A DNA stretch of 64,000 bases from Alphaproteobacteria bacterium (GCA_031400895.1 JANNQT010000176.1:3-64002), one strand, 5' to 3'; positions 12,000 to 22,684 are shown, counted from the first letter of the stretch. Notes: generated by a model from the sequence alone, not told the origin. Made by a program: numbers and translations.

Positions 12000-12730
12000 C
12001 TGACTTTGCGCCAGAGCGGTTCGGGGCCAAGGGTCGCCACAAAGGCGGCGTGGGCGACCTCCTCCTCTGGCGTCAGCCGCGAGGGCAGCGGCGTCGGGCG
12101 CTGGCCCCTCGCAACCAGCGCAGCGGGGGCCACCGTCGAACCCAAAGCCGGCACGGTTTCGTTGGCGTCGAACACCAGCCGCTGCTCGCGGCCGCCCTTC
12201 AGCTGCAGATACACTTCCGCGAGGATGCGCGCGTCCACCAGCGCGCCGTGGCCTCCGGGACCCTTCCGCGACGCGAGATCAAAGCCGTAGCGGTCGAGCT
12301 GAAAGCGTTTGGCCAAGGCGTCCAGCGAACACGAGGCGCCGGGAAAGCGTTTGCGCGCGACCGCCAAGGTGTCGATGAAACGCGCCGGGGCAAGCGCCAC
12401 GCGCCCGGCCCGGCGCAGCTCTGCGTTGAGGAAGCCCTGGTCGAACGCCGCATTGTGCGCGACCAGCGGATCACCGGCCACGAATTCGAGAAATTGCTCG
12501 GCGATCTCGGCGAAGCGGGAATGGGCTTTCAGGAACTCGCGGGTGAGCCCGTGCACACGCACCACTTCCTCTGGCACGCTGCGCTCGGGGTTGAGATAGA
12601 GGTGCAATTCGCGCCCGGTGCGCTCGAGATTGAAGAGCTCGACGCAGCCGATCTCGACCAGCCGGTCGGGCCCATCCTCGCTCAACGGATCGAGCCCTGT
12701 CGTTTCGGTGTCGAAAACGATCTCGCGCAT
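11996..12730 (-). CDS. dnaQ: DNA polymerase III epsilon subunit
   Basis: MREIVFDTETTG, LVAHNAAFD, HGALVDA; start set at ATG 12730. Confidence 0.96.
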   Translation of the reverse strand: MREIVFDTETTGLDPLSEDGPDRLVEIGCVELFNLERTGRELHLYLNPERSVPEEVVRVHGLTREFLKAHSRFAEIAEQFLEFVAGDPLVAHNAAFDQGFLNAELRRAGRVALAPARFIDTLAVARKRFPGASCSLDALAKRFQLDRYGFDLASRKGPGGHGALVDARILAEVYLQLKGGREQRLVFDANETVPALGSTVAPAALVARGQRPTPLPSRLTPEEEVAHAAFVATLGPEPLWRKVS

Positions 12731-12740
12731 TGCGTCCCGG

Positions 12741-13334
12741 CTAAAGCTGTTCGCGCACGGCGTCCAGCACCGCGCGGACCTGGGCGCGGGTTTGTTCGAA
12801 GCTGCCGCCGGTGTCGATAACGAAGGCTGCGCCGGCGCGCTTCTCGGCATCGGGTGTTTGGCGCGCGAGAATGGCCTCGAACTTCTCCACGCTCATGCCC
12901 GGCCGCGCCAGCACGCGTTCGCGCTGCACCGCCTCCGGGGCCGAAACGACAACGACTTTGTCCACCCCGCCCGCGCCGCGGCCTTCGAACAAGAGCGGGA
13001 TGTCGAGTACAACAATTTCAGCATTGGCGGCGCGCTGGGCTTGGAGAAAAACGTCCCGCGCCTCCCCCACCAAGGGATGCACGATCGCCTCCAGCCGCCG
13101 GATCGCAGCCTCGTCGCCGACCACGCGGGCGGAAAGCGCGGCGCGATCGATCGCGCCGTCAACCGCAACGCCTGGAAACGCCGCCTCCACCGGCACGACC
13201 GCCGCCCCGCCAGGCGCGTAAAGCGCATGCACGGCGGCGTCGGAATCGAACACCGGCGCGCCCGCCGCGGCAAACATAGCTCCCACCGTCGACTTGCCCA
13301 TGCCGATGGAACCGGTGAGGCCGATGACAATCAT
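12741..13334 (-). CDS. coaE: Dephospho-CoA kinase
   Basis: [31 protein letters not shown]. Confidence 0.96.
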   Translation of the reverse strand: MIVIGLTGSIGMGKSTVGAMFAAAGAPVFDSDAAVHALYAPGGAAVVPVEAAFPGVAVDGAIDRAALSARVVGDEAAIRRLEAIVHPLVGEARDVFLQAQRAANAEIVVLDIPLLFEGRGAGGVDKVVVVSAPEAVQRERVLARPGMSVEKFEAILARQTPDAEKRAGAAFVIDTGGSFEQTRAQVRAVLDAVREQL

Positions 13335-14155
13335 GACGCCAGCGCAGCCAGCAAACGCGCGCGCGCCGTGGCCGCATCCGGGCGCACGCCAAACCAGATC
13401 TCGAAAGCGCGCGCGCCCTGGTGAATCAGCATGCCCAGGCCATCCATGGCGGTGAGACCACGGGCGCGAGCCACGCGCAACAATTCGGTCTGCAGCGGGC
13501 GGTAGACGATGTCGGCGACAATGGTCGAGGCGCGGCAATGCGCCACCGGCCAGGCGGGCGCCGGCGCCCCCGCCAGGCCAAGCGTGGTTGCCTGCACGAT
13601 GAGATCGGCGTCCGCGAAACCGCGCTCCATTGCTTCCCAACGCAAGTGCTGGCCGTTGCCAAGCGATTCCGCTGCGGCCTGGGCGCGCGCCAGCGTGCGG
13701 TTGATGAAGCACACAGTGTCAACCCGAGGCGACAGCCCCTTACCGATCGCGAGCGCCGCGCCGCCGGCGCCGATGATCAGCACGCGCCGCACCTGCCCGG
13801 CCCAATTTGGCGCGGCTTCGCTCAGCGCATCGAGGAACCCGGGGCCGTCGGTGTTGAACGCTGATACCACGCCATTAACCCCCCAATGCAGCGTGTTGGC
13901 AACGATGCCGTCACAAACATCGGCCGCCCGCGCCGCCGCTTCCTTGTGCGGCACGGTGATGTTGGCGCCCGCGATATCAAGCGCCTTGAGCGCGCGAATC
14001 GTCTCGGTTGGGTTTGCGCTTTCGAGCCGCAGCGCCACATAAACCGCGTCGAGCCCGTGATCGGCAATCCAGCCATTGTGCATCAGCGGCGAAAGCGAAT
14101 GGCTCACCGGGTCGCCAAGCAGCACCAGCAATCGCGTGGCGGAGGTGATGCTCAT
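13331..14155 (-). CDS. aroE: Shikimate dehydrogenase
   Basis: [41 protein letters not shown]. Confidence 0.96.
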   Translation of the reverse strand: MSITSATRLLVLLGDPVSHSLSPLMHNGWIADHGLDAVYVALRLESANPTETIRALKALDIAGANITVPHKEAAARAADVCDGIVANTLHWGVNGVVSAFNTDGPGFLDALSEAAPNWAGQVRRVLIIGAGGAALAIGKGLSPRVDTVCFINRTLARAQAAAESLGNGQHLRWEAMERGFADADLIVQATTLGLAGAPAPAWPVAHCRASTIVADIVYRPLQTELLRVARARGLTAMDGLGMLIHQGARAFEIWFGVRPDAATARARLLAALAS

Positions 14156-14742
14156 TGCCGGCCCATGCCGTGTTGACGCAGAAGCGCAAGCAGCGGCAAG
14201 AGCGGCAGGCCCAGCACCGAAAAATAATCGCCCTCGACGCGCTCGAACAATTGCGCCCCTAAAGCTTCCAATTGGTAGGCGCCGACCGAGGTGAGTGCGG
14301 CCTTGCCAACACGTGCAAGATAATCTTCAAGAAACGCGTCGGAGAAATCCCGCATCTTCAGCCTAGGCGTCTCCACCTGCCGCCAGATTACCGCGCCGTC
14401 GCGCGCGACCACGGCGGCGCAGAGCAATTCGTGGGTCTTGCCGCGCAGGCGCATGAGATGGCGGCGCGCTTCGTCGATATCCTGCGGCTTGTCGAGCGTT
14501 TGTCCCTCCACCGCCAGCATCTGGTCGGCGCCGATGACAAGCCCTGGCCGGCGGCGCGACACCGAAAGCGCTTTTAGCTCTGCCAGCGCATCGGCTTGAT
14601 CGCGTGGCTTCAGGCCGCTGGCGCGCAAGCCCTGCTTCGCCGCCTCTTCATCGACGCGGGCGGGATCCACCTCGAACTCAATGCCAGCGGCCTCAAGCAA
14701 ATGCCGCCGCACCGCGCTGGCCGAGGCAAGGATCAACGTCAT
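14152..14742 (-). CDS. maf: Maf-family nucleotide pyrophosphatase
   Basis: LILASASAVR, VIGADQ, GDYFSVLGLPL. Confidence 0.93.
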   Translation of the reverse strand: MTLILASASAVRRHLLEAAGIEFEVDPARVDEEAAKQGLRASGLKPRDQADALAELKALSVSRRRPGLVIGADQMLAVEGQTLDKPQDIDEARRHLMRLRGKTHELLCAAVVARDGAVIWRQVETPRLKMRDFSDAFLEDYLARVGKAALTSVGAYQLEALGAQLFERVEGDYFSVLGLPLLPLLALLRQHGMGRQ

Positions 14743-15566
14743 AGCCCGCGATGCTCCGCCAGCAGATTGAGCACCGCCGCCGCGGTCTCCTCGATCGAGC
14801 GCCGCGACACATCGATCGTCGGCCAGCCCTCGCGCTCGAACAGTTTTTGCGCATCCATCACTTCGCGGCGCACCGCGTCTTCCTCGGTATAAGAACCTGC
14901 GCGGGTTTCCTTCATCGCCATCAGCCGGTTGCGGCGGATGTGAATGAGCCGATCGGCGGAGATCAGCAGCCCGACCACGAGCGGGCGCTCTTCGGCGAAC
15001 AATTCCGGCGGCAACGGCACCCCAGGCACCATCGGCACATTGGCGGCCTTGACGCCGCGATGGGCGAGATAGACGCTGGTCGGCGTCTTCGAGGTGCGGC
15101 TGACGCCCACCAGGATGACGTCGGCGACAGCAAGCTCGACCGCCTGCTGGCCGTCGTCGTGATACATGGCGAAATCCAGGGCGTCGATGCGCTTGAAGTA
15201 TTCCGCGTTGAGCCGGCGCGAGGCCCCCACTCTGTGGTTCAGCTCCAGCCCCAAATAGCGCGAGGTCAGGTCCAGCACCGGGTCCAGAACCGCCACGCAG
15301 GGCATGCCTAGCTCATGGCACTGGCTCTCCAGCAAGGAGCGGTGGTCAAGGTTGGAGAGCGTGAACATGACAATCCCGGGTGCGGCCTCGATGTCGCGAA
15401 TCACTCGCTCAAGCTGGCGCACCGACCGGACCAGAAAGTACGAGTGCTCGATCGGCAACACGTTGTCGAACTGGGCGCAAGTGGCGCGCATGACCCCGGC
15501 CAGGGTCTCCCCGGTAGAATCCGACACCAGGTGGACATTGAAATAAGTGGCTAATCGCTCAGACAT
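14739..15566 (-). CDS. Pyruvate,phosphate dikinase regulatory kinase/pyrophosphorylase (PSRP/DUF299)
   Basis: HLVSDSTGET, HDDG, LVGVSRTSKTPTS, IDVSRRSIEETA. Confidence 0.93.
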   Translation of the reverse strand: MSERLATYFNVHLVSDSTGETLAGVMRATCAQFDNVLPIEHSYFLVRSVRQLERVIRDIEAAPGIVMFTLSNLDHRSLLESQCHELGMPCVAVLDPVLDLTSRYLGLELNHRVGASRRLNAEYFKRIDALDFAMYHDDGQQAVELAVADVILVGVSRTSKTPTSVYLAHRGVKAANVPMVPGVPLPPELFAEERPLVVGLLISADRLIHIRRNRLMAMKETRAGSYTEEDAVRREVMDAQKLFEREGWPTIDVSRRSIEETAAAVLNLLAEHRGL

Positions 15567-15900
15567 CGCCCCGCCTTGTATCAGCTTTCGCCGCATTGTG
15601 GGCAACCTGTTGGCGGCTGGCTGCGGAGCTGATGGAGAGATCGCGGCCGGCGATTTCTACTTCGCCCAATTGGCGATTCCCTCTCTGATTCTTCACAGCG
15701 CGCCGCGCCCCCGCAAAAGGAATCATCCGCTCGCCAACCCGCGCCTAAGCCATTAACCATAAGCGATTTCCGGGCTGAGCCTGAAAGGGCAAGTCTGTGA
15801 AATGCCTGTGAAATATAATCCTGTCCCGGTTTAGCCCTCGCTACAACAACGACTCCAATCTAAATCAGATTTTCAGATTCAAGATTATGTAAGGACGTTA
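15567..15900. other. Probable chromosomal replication origin (Cori-type oriC)
   Basis: Divergent PSRP/hemE intergenic region, the Caulobacter/Rickettsia origin locus; five GANTC sites (15675, 15687, 15720, 15851, 15876); TTAACCAT CtrA half-site 15753-15760; degenerate DnaA boxes at 15597 and 15689; AT-rich tract before hemE. Confidence 0.8.
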
Positions 15901-16917
15901 ATGTCGGTCCCTGCCCTACTTCTCGTTCTGAACGGCGAAGTGCTTGACCCCCCTCCGATCTGGATCATGCGCCAGGCCGGGCGCTATCTGCCCGAGTATC
16001 GCGAACTCAGGACACGAGCGAAGAATTTCCTCGATTTCTGCTATTCGCCGGCCCTGGCCACGGAAGCCGTCCTGCAACCGTTGCGGCGGTTTCCGCTGGA
16101 CGCGGCGATCCTGTTTTCGGACATCCTGGTCATTCCCGATGCGCTGGGGCGGGCCGTTTCGTTTGTCGAACGCGAGGGGCCAAGACTTGCGCCCTTGATG
16201 CAGGAAGCGACTTGGCGCTTCGCCGATCCCGAACCAGCGATCCAGCGGCTTGCGCCGGTTTACGAGGCGGTTGAACGCATCAAGCGCAATCTGGATCCAG
16301 CTACGCCGCTGATCGGCTTTTGCGGCGGCCCCTGGACGGTGGCGACCTATATGTTGCAAGGCGAGGGCGGCGATAAAGATCGCGCGCGCCGCGTCGCCTA
16401 CCAGCGGCCGGGCGATGTCGATGCCTTGCTCGCCTTGCTCGCGGAAGTAAGCGCCCAGCACCTGGCCAAGCAAGTCGCCGCCGGCGCCGATTGCGTGCAG
16501 ATTTTCGAGAGCTGGGCGGAGGGCTTGCCTCCGCCCCTGTTCGAACGCCTGATCATGGCCCCGACCCGTCTGCTCTTGGCCCGCTTGCGCGCGCTTGGGG
16601 TGAAGGTTCCGGTGATCGGATTTCCGCGCGGCACCGGCCAGGCCATATCGCGCTATGCCGAGCACACCGGAATCACCGCCATCGGCCTCGACACCAGCAT
16701 CTCAACACTCGCCCTGCCCGCCTCGATGCCAAGGCAAGGCAATCTCGATCCGCAATTGCTGGTGGTTGGCGGCGCTGCGTTGGAGGCTGGGGTTCGCGAA
16801 GTACGCGAGCGCTTCGCCGGCGCGCCGCACATCTTCAACCTCGGCCACGGCATCACCCCAGACGCGTTGCCGGAAAATGTCGCCCGCATGGTCGATTTGG
16901 TGAAAGGACGCGCATGA
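15901..16917 (+). CDS. hemE: Uroporphyrinogen decarboxylase
   Basis: PIWIMRQAGRYLPEY, AAILFSDIL, HIFNLGHGI. Confidence 0.97.
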   Translation: MSVPALLLVLNGEVLDPPPIWIMRQAGRYLPEYRELRTRAKNFLDFCYSPALATEAVLQPLRRFPLDAAILFSDILVIPDALGRAVSFVEREGPRLAPLMQEATWRFADPEPAIQRLAPVYEAVERIKRNLDPATPLIGFCGGPWTVATYMLQGEGGDKDRARRVAYQRPGDVDALLALLAEVSAQHLAKQVAAGADCVQIFESWAEGLPPPLFERLIMAPTRLLLARLRALGVKVPVIGFPRGTGQAISRYAEHTGITAIGLDTSISTLALPASMPRQGNLDPQLLVVGGAALEAGVREVRERFAGAPHIFNLGHGITPDALPENVARMVDLVKGRA

Positions 16918-17999
16918 GCGCGATGCCGGTCGAAGATGAAACGCCAGCGCGCGAGCGCAAGCTGCGCGCGATGACTTCACGCCGCGTGGCCGTCATTCTA
17001 TTCAATCTCGGTGGCCCGGATTCGCTCGCCTCCGTACGCCCGTTCCTGTTCAATCTATTCAACGACAAGGCGATCATCGCCGCGCCGCAAATGCTGCGGT
17101 ATCTGTTGGCGCAGCTGATTTCTCGCACGCGCGCGAAACAGGCCAAGGCCAATTATGCGCTGATGGGCGGACGCTCGCCGATTTTGGCGGAGACGCAAGC
17201 GCAAGCGACAGCGCTTGAGGCGGCGATGGCCGAGCGCGTCGGCAATGTCACGTTCAAGTGCTTTCCGGCGATGCGCTATTGGCGGCCATTGGTGAAGGAT
17301 GTCGCAAGGGCGGCGGAGGCCTGGGCCGCGACGGATGCGATTCTGCTGCCGCTCTATCCGCAATTCTCATCGACCACGACGGCGTCATCGCTCACGGCTT
17401 GGAAGCGCGCGTCTACCCTGCCCGCCTCGACCATTTGCTGTTATCCGACCAGCGCGGAATTCATCGGCGCGCATGGGGAGCGGATCCTCGACGCCTGGCG
17501 CGAGGGCGGCTCGCCTGAACAGCCGCGCGTGCTGTTCTCGGCGCATGGCTTGCCGCAGCGGGTGATCGACAAGGGCGATCCCTACCAGTGGCAGGTAGAG
17601 CAAACCGTGGCCGCAGTGCGAGAATCACTGCCCCCCGACTGGGAGACGGTGATCTGCTACCAGTCCCGCGTCGGTCCGCTGAAATGGCTCGGGCCCTCGA
17701 CCGAGGCGGAAATTCATCGAGCCGGCCGCGATCGCAAGGGCGTCATCGTCGCCCCGATCGCGTTTGTCTCCGAGCACATCGAGACCTTGGTCGAGCTTGA
17801 TATCGAGTACGGGCAGATCGCCAAGCGGCTAGAGCTGCCCTTCTATCTGCGCGCCAAGGCGCTTGGCGCACACCCGCGCTTTATTGCCGCTCTGGCGGAT
17901 TTGGTGGCGCGGGCCTTGGCGGCGCCGGGTAGGATGCTGGCGGATGGCGGTGCACGATTGTGCCCCATACCGCTGGGCCAATGCCCGCTGCGGAGTTGA
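16914..17999 (+). CDS. hemH: Ferrochelatase
   Basis: FNLGGPDS, LPLYPQFS, LFSAHGLP, FVSEHIETLVELD; ATGA overlap with hemE. Confidence 0.96.
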   Translation: MSAMPVEDETPARERKLRAMTSRRVAVILFNLGGPDSLASVRPFLFNLFNDKAIIAAPQMLRYLLAQLISRTRAKQAKANYALMGGRSPILAETQAQATALEAAMAERVGNVTFKCFPAMRYWRPLVKDVARAAEAWAATDAILLPLYPQFSSTTTASSLTAWKRASTLPASTICCYPTSAEFIGAHGERILDAWREGGSPEQPRVLFSAHGLPQRVIDKGDPYQWQVEQTVAAVRESLPPDWETVICYQSRVGPLKWLGPSTEAEIHRAGRDRKGVIVAPIAFVSEHIETLVELDIEYGQIAKRLELPFYLRAKALGAHPRFIAALADLVARALAAPGRMLADGGARLCPIPLGQCPLRS

Positions 18000-18011
18000 G
18001 GGGCCTCAAGG

Positions 18012-18512
18012 ATGGATAGCGTCATCAGCTACGATCTGGCGCGCGGGCTGCACATCATCGCTGTCATTGCCTGGATCGCCGGCCTGCTGATGCTGCCGCG
18101 CTTTTACGCCTACATTACCGCGTCGCAGCCCGGCGGCGAATTGGAGGCGGCGATGACCAAAGCCGCGCACAGTCTGCGGCGCATCGTTCTCGCACCCAGC
18201 CTGATTCTCGCCTGGTCATTCGGGATTTTCCTGTTCGCGCGCTATGTCTCCGGAGATTGGTCGCGTCCGTTCGGTGAAATCCTCACCGGCGTGCCGTACT
18301 GGTTTTGGCCGAAGCTTTTGCTGGTATTAGGGCTTACTGGTTATCATGGCTATCTGACCGCCGAGGGGCGGCGAGTGGCGCGGGGCGAACGCCGGCGCAG
18401 CGAGCGATTCTGGCGGTTGATGAGCGAAATTCCGTTCCTGGTCGCCATAGCGGCGGTGTTGCTGGCGACCTTGGAACCTTCGTTTCAGATTGACCCCGGG
18501 ATTCCCCGGTGA
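18012..18512 (+). CDS. hemJ: Protoporphyrinogen oxidase HemJ (CopD-like)
   Basis: LHIIAVIAWIAGLLMLPR, KLLLV..L.GYH, RLMSEIP; hemE-hemH-hemJ-rho synteny. Confidence 0.85.
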   Translation: MDSVISYDLARGLHIIAVIAWIAGLLMLPRFYAYITASQPGGELEAAMTKAAHSLRRIVLAPSLILAWSFGIFLFARYVSGDWSRPFGEILTGVPYWFWPKLLLVLGLTGYHGYLTAEGRRVARGERRRSERFWRLMSEIPFLVAIAAVLLATLEPSFQIDPGIPR

Positions 18513-18686
18513 CTGACGAGGCTTGACGCCGCGCGCCGAGTGTGGTGTTCATCCGCTCGCGCATCAGCCCTCGGCTGGCAGCGCATCGCGCCCCGGCGGC
18601 GCCGTTTTCCCCATCGCCGGACTTCCCTTCCAAGATGCACAGAGCCTCGCCCCCCAGCGCGCGGGGCCTATTTTCCCGAGAACAAC

Positions 18687-19979
18687 ATGACTGAAGAACA
18701 AGCACTCGAAGGGCTCACCTCGCTCACGCTGCAGGAGCTCAAGCGCAAGCCGCCGACAGAAATCTTGGCGCTAGCCGAATCGCTGGAGATTGAAGGCGCC
18801 AACACGCTGCGCACCCAGGACATGCTGTTCGCGATCCTGAAACAGGTGGCCGAGCGCGGGGTCGAGATCGGCGGCGCCGGTGTTTGCGAAATCCTCTCCG
18901 ACGGATTTGCGTTCCTGCGCTCGCCGCAATCGAATTATTTGGCGGGGCCCGACGACATTTACGTGTCGCCGCAGCAGATCCGCAAATTCGGCCTGCGCAC
19001 CGGCGACACGGTGGAGGGTCAAATCCGCGCGCCCAAGGACGGCGAGCGCTATTTCGCGCTGGTGAAGGTGAACGCGATCAACTTCGAGGACCCTGACCGC
19101 GTACGCCACAAGGTCCATTTCGATAATCTGACCCCGCTCTACCCGACCGAGCGGCTCAAGATGGAAATCGAGGACCCGACGCTAAAGGACAAAACCGGAC
19201 GCATCATCGACAACGTCGCGCCAATCGGCAAAGGCCAGCGCGCGCTGAACGTGGCCCAGCCTCGCACCGGCAAAACCGTCATCCTGCAGAACATCGCCAA
19301 GGCCATCGCCGCCAATCACCCGGAAGTGTTCTTGATCGTGCTTTTGATCGATGAGCGCCCCGAGGAAGTTACCGACATGCAGCGTTCGGTGAAGGGCGAA
19401 GTCGTGTCCTCCACCTTCGACGAACCGGCCACGCGCCATGTGGCGGTGGCGGAAATGGTGATCGAGAAGGCCAAGCGCCTGGCCGAACATGGCAAGGACG
19501 TGGTGATTCTGCTGGATTCCGTGACGCGCTTGGGTCGCGCCTACAACACCGTGGTGCCCTCTTCCGGCAAGGTGCTGACCGGCGGCGTCGACGCCAACGC
19601 GCTGCAACGGCCGAAGCGCTTCTTCGGCGCGGCGCGAAACTTGGAGGAAGGCGGCTCGCTCACCATCATCGCCACCGCGCTGATCGACACCGGTTCACGC
19701 ATGGACGAAGTGATTTTCGAAGAGTTCAAGGGCACCGGCAACAGCGAGCTTCAGCTTGATCGCAAGGTCGCCGACCGCCGCATCTTCCCGGCCATCGATG
19801 TGCTCAAATCCGGCACCCGCAAGGATGAATTGATCACACCGAAGGAACACCTGCAGAAGATGTACATGCTGCGCCGCATCCTCTCGCCAATGGGCACCCA
19901 AGACGCGCTTGAGTTCCTGCTCGATAAGCTCAAGGGTTCCAAGAACAACGAGGACTTCTTCCAGAGCATGAATACGTAA
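18687..19979 (+). CDS. rho: Transcription termination factor Rho
   Basis: [37 protein letters not shown]. Confidence 0.98.
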   Translation: MTEEQALEGLTSLTLQELKRKPPTEILALAESLEIEGANTLRTQDMLFAILKQVAERGVEIGGAGVCEILSDGFAFLRSPQSNYLAGPDDIYVSPQQIRKFGLRTGDTVEGQIRAPKDGERYFALVKVNAINFEDPDRVRHKVHFDNLTPLYPTERLKMEIEDPTLKDKTGRIIDNVAPIGKGQRALNVAQPRTGKTVILQNIAKAIAANHPEVFLIVLLIDERPEEVTDMQRSVKGEVVSSTFDEPATRHVAVAEMVIEKAKRLAEHGKDVVILLDSVTRLGRAYNTVVPSSGKVLTGGVDANALQRPKRFFGAARNLEEGGSLTIIATALIDTGSRMDEVIFEEFKGTGNSELQLDRKVADRRIFPAIDVLKSGTRKDELITPKEHLQKMYMLRRILSPMGTQDALEFLLDKLKGSKNNEDFFQSMNT

Positions 19980-20021
19980 GGTTGGGTGGATGCCGGTCGG
20001 CCCGTTTCTCGATCGCTTCTG

Positions 20022-20230
20022 GCCTTGGCCAACTGTTGCAATCACGGGCGCGCCGAAATACTTGGCCCATTGTACAAGGGCTGTCCGACCGCCGCCGGCG
20101 GCCGCGTGGATCAACACGACATGGCCGGTTCCACGCGAAACGTCTTGCTCAGAAGATAACGCGCGGCATGCGCTTGCGCACAAATGATCTTGTACAAACT
20201 CTCTTTGCCGGCGTGCGCGGCTAAGCGCAT
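20022..20230 (-). pseudogene. Quinone oxidoreductase (Qor) remnant
   Basis: ARYLLSKTFRVEP, then a frameshift into HVVLIHAAAGGGRTALVQWAKYFGAPVIATVG (Qor Rossmann motif); most of the gene is missing. Confidence 0.75.
20127..20142. promoter_or_regulatory. parS-like site
   Basis: GGTTCCACGCGAAACG versus consensus TGTTTCACGTGAAACA; close to parAB and the origin. Confidence 0.65.
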
Positions 20231-20919
20231 CACCCCAGATGCGCCTTGAAGAACGCCACGGTACGCTCATCCGCCAGCTTCGCCGCGGCTGCATCAAAGT
20301 GCTTGCCGCCTTCGCGGGTGAAGGCGTGATCTTGTTCGGCGTAAGCGTGCAGCGTGATCTTCGCATTGCCGCCGAGGCCTGCGCGCATGGCGTCCTGCGC
20401 GGCTTTGTCGACGAAGCTATCCTTGCCGGCGATGTGCAGCATGAGCGGCTTTTTTATGTTGCCGGCTTCGCCGACGAAGGCGGGAATGTTGACGCCGTAA
20501 TAGCCGACGCTGGCGTCAGCGTCGGTGCGTGTGGCGGTGAGATAAGCCAGCAACCCGCCGAGACAATAGCCGACTGCGCCGACCTTCGCGCACCCCATGC
20601 CGCGCGCGTGCGCGATGGTCGCCTGGATGTCGCGCACGCCGTCATCGACATCGAAGCGCTTGAAATAGTCGAACGCCTGCGCCCACTCGGCTTCGCTCTG
20701 GTCGGTGATGTCGATGTCCTTGCCGACCCGCCAGAACAGATCGGGGGCGATGGCGAGAAATCCCTCGCGCGCCAGCCAGTCCACTTTGCCGCGCATCACG
20801 GCATTGACGCCAAAGATTTCCTGGATGCCGACGACCGCCGCTTTCGGCGCTCCCGCCGGCCGCGCCATATAGGCCCTGAACGCGCCGTCCGGTCCCTCAA
20901 TTTGCGCCCACTCACCCAA
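20230..20919 (-). CDS. Dienelactone hydrolase family protein
   Basis: QEIFGVN, APDLFWR, VGYCLGG nucleophile motif, HAFTR. Confidence 0.93.
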   Translation of the reverse strand: MGEWAQIEGPDGAFRAYMARPAGAPKAAVVGIQEIFGVNAVMRGKVDWLAREGFLAIAPDLFWRVGKDIDITDQSEAEWAQAFDYFKRFDVDDGVRDIQATIAHARGMGCAKVGAVGYCLGGLLAYLTATRTDADASVGYYGVNIPAFVGEAGNIKKPLMLHIAGKDSFVDKAAQDAMRAGLGGNAKITLHAYAEQDHAFTREGGKHFDAAAAKLADERTVAFFKAHLG

Positions 20920-20999
20920 GGCCCGTCTCCGTCTCTTTTTCCATTTGCCGGGCCGGGTTATAGACGCCCACGCAAACGAAGCGCGAAAGGATTCGAACC

Positions 21000-21230
21000 A
21001 TGAAGTTCAACGTCAATGTCGAATGCTCGCCCGAGGAAGCGCGCCGGTTTATGGGCTTGCCGGACGTCACCCCGATCAACGAACAGCTGGTCGCGGAGAT
21101 GGGCAAGCGCATGGAAGCCAACATGGCGATGATGAGCCCGGAGACGATGATGAGCTCTTGGATGAGCGTCGGCACGCAGGCGCAGGATGCGTTCGTCAAG
21201 CTGATGACCAGCGCCGCCGGTAAGCCCTAA
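21000..21230 (+). CDS. DUF6489-type small conserved protein
   Basis: VECSPEEARRFMGLPDV motif; usual position upstream of mnmE. Confidence 0.8.
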   Translation: MKFNVNVECSPEEARRFMGLPDVTPINEQLVAEMGKRMEANMAMMSPETMMSSWMSVGTQAQDAFVKLMTSAAGKP

Positions 21231-21250
21231 TAAGGCTTAGAGTTTTTCAC

Positions 21251-22663
21251 ATGAAACCGGGGACCATCGTCGCCTTGGCGTCGGGAGCGGGACGCGCGGG
21301 CGTGGCCGTGATCCGGGTGTCGGGGCCGCAAGCGGGCGCGGCGCTGGAGGCGCTGGCCGGGGCGTTGCCGCCGGCGCGCGTGGCGACACTGGCAACGTTT
21401 CGCGATGCCGCCCGTAGCGAGGAGCTGGACCAGGGCTTGGCGCTCTGGTTCCCGGCGCCGGCGAGCTTCACTGGCGAGGACGTGGCCGAACTGCATGTCC
21501 ATGGCGGACCCGCGATCATCGCGGCAATCATAGAGGCCAGCCTCAAGGTCACTGGCGTGCGCCCGGCCGAGCCGGGCGAGTTCACCCGCCGCGCGTTTGA
21601 GAGCGGTAAGCTGGACCTGGCGGAGGCCGAAGGCCTGGCCGATCTGGTGGACGCCGAGACCGAGGGTCAGCGCCGCCAGGCGCTGCGTCAGGCCAAAGGC
21701 GCGCTAAGCGCAATCTATGAGGGCTGGCGGGGCAAGCTGATCGAGGCGGCGGCCCTGATCGAGGCGGAGATCGATTTCCCCGATGAGGACCTGCCGGGCG
21801 CGCTGGCGCAGCGGGCTGGGCCGATCCTGGAGGCGCTCGCCGTCGACATGGGCCGGCATTTGGACGATTCTCACCGCGGCGAGCGCATCCGCGACGGCTA
21901 CCGCATCGCCATTATCGGCCCCCCCAATGCCGGCAAGTCCAGCCTGCTCAACGCGCTGGCTAGGCGTGAGGCGGCCATCGTCTCGGAGCTGCCCGGCACT
22001 ACGCGCGACGTGGTCGAGGTGCGCCTGGTGCTGGGCGGATTCCCGGTCTGGATTGCCGATACGGCAGGGCTGCGGGAAGCCGCGGACGCGGTCGAGGCGG
22101 AAGGCGTTCGCCGCGCGCTAGCGCGAGCCGAGGAGGCAGATTTGCGGATTGGGCTGGTGGAGGGCGGGGCGGCGATCCCGCACGAGCTGCAGGCCGCGCT
22201 TTGCGCCTCTGATCTACTTATCCGCTCCAAGTCCGACCTCCACCGTTCCGCAGGGCGGTGCGCGGCGGCGAACCCGGGGCCCATTTCCGCGGCAAATGCC
22301 GAACGGGCCGTGCTTGATCGTTCCGTGGGCCCCGGATCGTCGGCTTCGCCGCCGTCCGAGGAACGGTGGGTTTCCGTGCGCACGGGTGAAGGCTTGGACG
22401 AGTTGGAGCAGGCGATTTCCCAACGCGTCACCGAAGCACTAGCCGGCGAGGAGGCGCCGGCGTTGACCCGGGCGCGGCATCGGCGATTAGCGGGAGAGGC
22501 GCGGGACGCGCTAGCGCGGGGGCTCGCCGCGCTTGCTGCCGGCCCTGAATTGGCAGCGGAGGAGGTGCGCCTCGCGGCGATGGCGCTTGGCCGGTTGACC
22601 GGGCGGATCGACGTCGAGGATTTGCTCGACGAGATTTTCTCGAGCTTTTGTATCGGCAAGTAA
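21251..22663 (+). CDS. mnmE: tRNA modification GTPase MnmE, with an in-frame palindromic insertion
   Basis: [34 protein letters not shown]-terminal FCIGK. Confidence 0.97.
   Translation: MKPGTIVALASGAGRAGVAVIRVSGPQAGAALEALAGALPPARVATLATFRDAARSEELDQGLALWFPAPASFTGEDVAELHVHGGPAIIAAIIEASLKVTGVRPAEPGEFTRRAFESGKLDLAEAEGLADLVDAETEGQRRQALRQAKGALSAIYEGWRGKLIEAAALIEAEIDFPDEDLPGALAQRAGPILEALAVDMGRHLDDSHRGERIRDGYRIAIIGPPNAGKSSLLNALARREAAIVSELPGTTRDVVEVRLVLGGFPVWIADTAGLREAADAVEAEGVRRALARAEEADLRIGLVEGGAAIPHELQAALCASDLLIRSKSDLHRSAGRCAAANPGPISAANAERAVLDRSVGPGSSASPPSEERWVSVRTGEGLDELEQAISQRVTEALAGEEAPALTRARHRRLAGEARDALARGLAALAAGPELAAEEVRLAAMALGRLTGRIDVEDLLDEIFSSFCIGK
22240..22369. repeat. ~130-bp palindromic element inside the mnmE coding sequence
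   Basis: Perfect 10-bp terminal IR CCACCGTTCC/GGAACGGTGG; inner 10-bp IR CCGGGGCCCA (22274)/TGGGCCCCGG (22326). Confidence 0.85.
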
Positions 22664-22666
22664 TAG

Positions 22667-22684
22667 CGGTTCCACGTGGAACCG
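22667..22684. promoter_or_regulatory. parS-like site (perfect palindrome)
   Basis: CGGTTCCACGTGGAACCG between mnmE and mnmG. Confidence 0.8.

Noticed and set aside
22240-22369. mnmE/mnmG inserts as inteins or self-splicing introns
   Set aside because: Far too short; no Cys/Ser...His-Asn intein ends and no group I/II intron core.
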